DNA of 64,000 bases from Thainema sp. (lineage in GTDB: Bacteria; Cyanobacteriota; Cyanobacteriia; Phormidesmidales; Phormidesmidaceae): contig JBQLZK010000001.1 of the NCBI GenBank assembly GCA_052168235.1, forward strand, positions 160,001-224,000, given 5' to 3'. Both the position numbers and the translations under genes were made by a program. The notes under the pieces were generated by a model. It worked only from the letters and a program-made list of their open reading frames with translations, ran no database searches and had not been told where the DNA came from. Numbering within the stretch: the stretch's first letter is position 1; each line of letters begins with the position of its first letter. This document shows, in pieces, positions 60,771 to 64,000 of the stretch.

Positions 60771-62090
60771 TCACTGCAAAACCCACGTCACAATCTCTGG
60801 CTTCCAAATCAGCAGAATTAACGCCACAAGCTGAATGATGATAAACGGCACTACTCCTCGGTAAATACTGGTGGTCGATATTTCCGGTGGCGCAACTCCG
60901 CGCAGATAAAACAGCGAAAAGCCAAACGGCGGCGTCAAGAATGAGGTTTGCAGATTGACCCCCAGCATCACGCCAAACCAGACAAGGGAGTATCCGAACT
61001 GCTGAGCAATTGGGGCCATCAGCGGCACAATGATGAAGGCGATTTCGAAATAATCCAGGAAGAAACCCAGGATAAAGACGAGGCCATTGACAAACAGTAG
61101 GAAGCTGGTGCTGCCGCCGGGGATATTGAGCAGCATACTCTCCACCAGCGCATCGCCCCGTAATCCCCGAAACACCAGGCTGAACAACGTTGCACCCACC
61201 AGCAAAATAACCACCATTGTGGTGAGTTCCACCGTTGAACCTAATGCGCCCCATAGCGCTTTAAAGGTTAATCGGCGGTTCACTGCCGCCAAACCCATTG
61301 CGCCTAAAACGCCCATTGCGCCTGCTTCGGTAGGCGTTGCCAATCCAGCGAAAATACTGCCCAGTACAATCAAAATCAAAACCAGCGGCGGCAGCATGAC
61401 TTTGAAGACGCGCCCTACCAGCTCTCGCTTGGAAATATCCAGCATTTCTACGGGTAGTGCTGGAGCCATTTCGGGCTTAAAAATGGCGACACCGATTGTA
61501 TAAAGCAGATACAGTCCGGCCAGAGCCAGCCCTGGCAACAGTGAACCCAGGAATAAATCACCAACCGAGACTCCAAGCTGATCGCCCAGGACGATGAGGA
61601 CTACGCTCGGTGGAATCACCTGTCCCAACGTGCCGGATGCCGCAATTACGCCAGTTGACAGCGCCGGACTGTAGCCATAGCGCAGCATAACGGGCAGCGA
61701 AATCATGCCCATCGCCACGACGGTTGCGCCCACAACGCCCGTTGCCGCCGCTAGGAGCGTACCGACGAGAATGACGCCTACGGCAACGCCGCCCCGCAAG
61801 CGACCAAAGAGGAGGCCAAAGGTTTCCAGTAAATCTTCCGCCAGACCTGACCGCTCCAGCAGCGTTCCCATCAGGATGAAATAGGGAACTGCTAGCAGCA
61901 CGTAGTTGCCCATGATGCCAAAGATGCGGTTGGGCAATGCCGATAGCAGGAACCAGTCAAAACTGCCCGTCAATCCACCTAGCAGAGCAAAAATCAGGCC
62001 CGCTCCACCCAGCGCAAAGGCAACGGGGTACCCGGTGAAAATCAGCAGTAGAGCACCGAGAAACATCAACAAACCGAGATAATCCATCAT
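60771..62090 (-). CDS. TRAP transporter large permease (DctM-like)
   Basis: GYPVAFAL, LLAVPYFILMG..LERSG, ASGTLGQVIPPS, ATPTEAGA, SFLTPPFG. Confidence 0.93.
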   Translation of the reverse strand: MMDYLGLLMFLGALLLIFTGYPVAFALGGAGLIFALLGGLTGSFDWFLLSALPNRIFGIMGNYVLLAVPYFILMGTLLERSGLAEDLLETFGLLFGRLRGGVAVGVILVGTLLAAATGVVGATVVAMGMISLPVMLRYGYSPALSTGVIAASGTLGQVIPPSVVLIVLGDQLGVSVGDLFLGSLLPGLALAGLYLLYTIGVAIFKPEMAPALPVEMLDISKRELVGRVFKVMLPPLVLILIVLGSIFAGLATPTEAGAMGVLGAMGLAAVNRRLTFKALWGALGSTVELTTMVVILLVGATLFSLVFRGLRGDALVESMLLNIPGGSTSFLLFVNGLVFILGFFLDYFEIAFIIVPLMAPIAQQFGYSLVWFGVMLGVNLQTSFLTPPFGFSLFYLRGVAPPEISTTSIYRGVVPFIIIQLVALILLIWKPEIVTWVLQ

Positions 62091-62644
62091 GGCTGCACCT
62101 CCTCACTGGGAGATGCGGGCGGAGTGACGTTGAGGATGAGGGCAATCTGCTTAATCACTTCAGATATTCCTTGCAGTCCTAAAAGTGCGATCGCAACAAT
62201 CACAGCCGTTTTCAGTGGATATCGCGCTAACCCATCTGGATCGGAAGACTGCTCTAGCACCTGCCAAGAGCTGATCACCGATGGGACGGAATAGTAGATA
62301 ATCGCAATGCACATGGGCAACAGCAGCAGCAGTGCACCGAGTAAATCAATCCAGGCTTTTGCTTTACGCGACAGGCGGCTGTAGAGGATATCAACTCGAA
62401 CGTGACTGTTGTGTTTCAGCACATAAGCGGCCCCGAATAAGAAAATGAGGCTGAACAAATACCACTGCACCTCGATGTAGCGGTTAGAACTAAGGTTTGT
62501 ACCGATATATCGCCCCAAGTAGCGTGTAATTGCGTTGTATGCGCCGACGACGACCATAACCAGCGTTAAACCAAAGGTGATTTTGCCCACCCACTCGCTG
62601 ATTTGGTCGATCCATCGTGCAGCTTTAAGCAGAAACTGCATCAC
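62087..62644 (-). CDS. TRAP transporter small permease (DctQ-like)
   Basis: EVQWYLFS..FLFGAAY.L..N.HVRVDILY; 4 transmembrane segments; ATGA overlap with the large subunit. Confidence 0.92.
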   Translation of the reverse strand: MMQFLLKAARWIDQISEWVGKITFGLTLVMVVVGAYNAITRYLGRYIGTNLSSNRYIEVQWYLFSLIFLFGAAYVLKHNSHVRVDILYSRLSRKAKAWIDLLGALLLLLPMCIAIIYYSVPSVISSWQVLEQSSDPDGLARYPLKTAVIVAIALLGLQGISEVIKQIALILNVTPPASPSEEVQP

Positions 62645-63716
62645 TCCTCTCCATATGTATTACTACCGAGAAATATAGACTGCGTGTGGCTGATCACCTC
62701 AGCTATTTACGTAAAGTACTAGACTCATCAGCGATTAACGCAACCCTGTATATCAACAAATAAGGTGAGTTAAACGGTGACTGCTATGAAATCATGTGTT
62801 ATCTGGGTTCCACAACAGCCTATGCCTTGACTAGCGCTTTGTTACAAGATGGCAAAATCACGACGACAACATATCCCGTTGATGGGCGTCAATTGCAACA
62901 TTGACTACAGCCGACCAAATTCACGCTAACTCGATTTTGTCAAGCCACTATCAACATAAGTTTTGTCAATATCAGCCTATAGAGATACTTTGATTTTCTC
63001 TCAAACAGATTTTGTATCTAATCGCACATCGTATCGACAAATGCGAAGTAAGAATGAAGATGAACGCCATTGAATATGCGAATAAACCTTATTCTGACAA
63101 GGGTTGAAGCCACTTTAGAGATATGCAGCGAGATCAACGATCGCTTTAACACAACTTTAAATAATTGGCAGCTTCAATACTTGATGGAGATTAAAAAATC
63201 GAATATCTTAGATGTAGAGGTATAAGTAAAAGTCCTACGCCAAGTAGCGGTCTCACCTACAAATAGACACGGTCTTTGGATCGAGCCCATATTGTGATGA
63301 GAGGTAGAGGAAACCATAGATTGGGAGTCATTCTGACGCTGGAGGATCTAGGTTTCGCGTTGACGGTTTTCGGCTAGTCCCAGATTGGGATGATGCGGAG
63401 TCAAACTGGCTAGGCATCAGCTTTTAACTTCACATAAGCGGTACAGAAACTATCTGTCCTGCACTTTGCGTTGAATTCGGTTTTTGGGAACCGAAACTTT
63501 GTAGCATCTCCAAATCGAGTTTGCGGCACTTTTTGCTGTCTGCAGAACAACTTTGGGCTGGTGCTAGACGCGTCATAGGTTTTGCATCCCCATAAACTCA
63601 GGTCGTGATTGGCCGGCGGTTTTATGCGGGATATAGAGGTGTGCGCCAAAAATTAGAGCCTTAAAGGTTGGCAGCATTTTAAATCTATAACTCTTTTTAT
63701 TACTGATAAACGATAA

Positions 63717-64000
63717 ATGAATACATGGGGTCGCCGGATGTTTTTACGGAGCGTTGTTTTAGCTATTGTTGTTGTCTTCCTCTCACTACCATTACCACTG
63801 TTCGGGTCATCTGCGATCGCATCGCCACGCTGGCCCGCTGCACCGTCTGCTTCAACAGTCGTGATGCAGAACTTCCCTACGGTTAATTCAGTCAGTCAGG
63901 CTGGACAAGTGTGGCGGCAAGTCAAACGATGGATGCCCGATTCTTCCAAATCTGCGATCGCATCCACATCCCGCCCCATCGCGTCGATGTCCTATCCGGT
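63717..64000 (+). CDS. Probable Tat-exported protein (partial, runs off window end)
   Basis: Manual translation MNTWGRRMFLRSVVLAIVVVFLSLPLPLFGSSAIA..., open to the end of the window. Confidence 0.55.
   Translation, partial: MNTWGRRMFLRSVVLAIVVVFLSLPLPLFGSSAIASPRWPAAPSASTVVMQNFPTVNSVSQAGQVWRQVKRWMPDSSKSAIASTSRPIASMSYP

Larger units (their letters stand above)
1..64000. repeat. HIP1 octamer GCGATCGC, dispersed
   Basis: Dozens of occurrences (for example about 637, 665, 3164, 5038) inside and between genes; characteristic of many cyanobacterial genomes. Confidence 0.95.

Noticed and set aside
63200..63330. Possible riboswitch upstream of the last ORF or the TRAP genes
   Set aside because: An AGAGGT-like start is present, but I could not find the other conserved elements of lysine, cobalamin, TPP or glutamine riboswitches.

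Overview
This is 64 kb of a cyanobacterial chromosome, judged from dense HIP1 GCGATCGC octamers, psbI, ndhP, CP12, cpcS-type lyases and ebsA. Most of it is core or housekeeping: smpB (partial), moeA, an mlaF-like ATPase, polA, rbcR/ycf30, yajQ, mgdA, dnaX, tsf, rpsB and tRNA-Asp. The most notable region is a small defence-like island at about 15.9-20.3 kb, between polA and a 2Fe-2S ferredoxin. Two RelE-type toxin-antitoxin pairs (one toxin decayed) flank a translationally coupled gene pair: a 149-aa helical putative cell-death effector and a 905-aa STAND/NB-ARC-TPR receptor. The effector C-terminus and the receptor N-terminus share a 27-aa motif (24/27 identical; 12 synonymous versus 3 non-synonymous differences). 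This is the architecture of NLR-triggered amyloid signalling, as in bacterial Bell/BASS and fungal HET-S/NWD2. Other points: a CP12 gene broken by a 1-bp frameshift; nested TA-targeting MITE-like elements; five unrelated palindromes that all have 3-nt loops; a FecR protein with a long PE(T/V/I) repeat next to an outer-membrane beta-barrel; and an orphan terminator suggesting an sRNA. All calls come from reading the sequence; no database searches were run.
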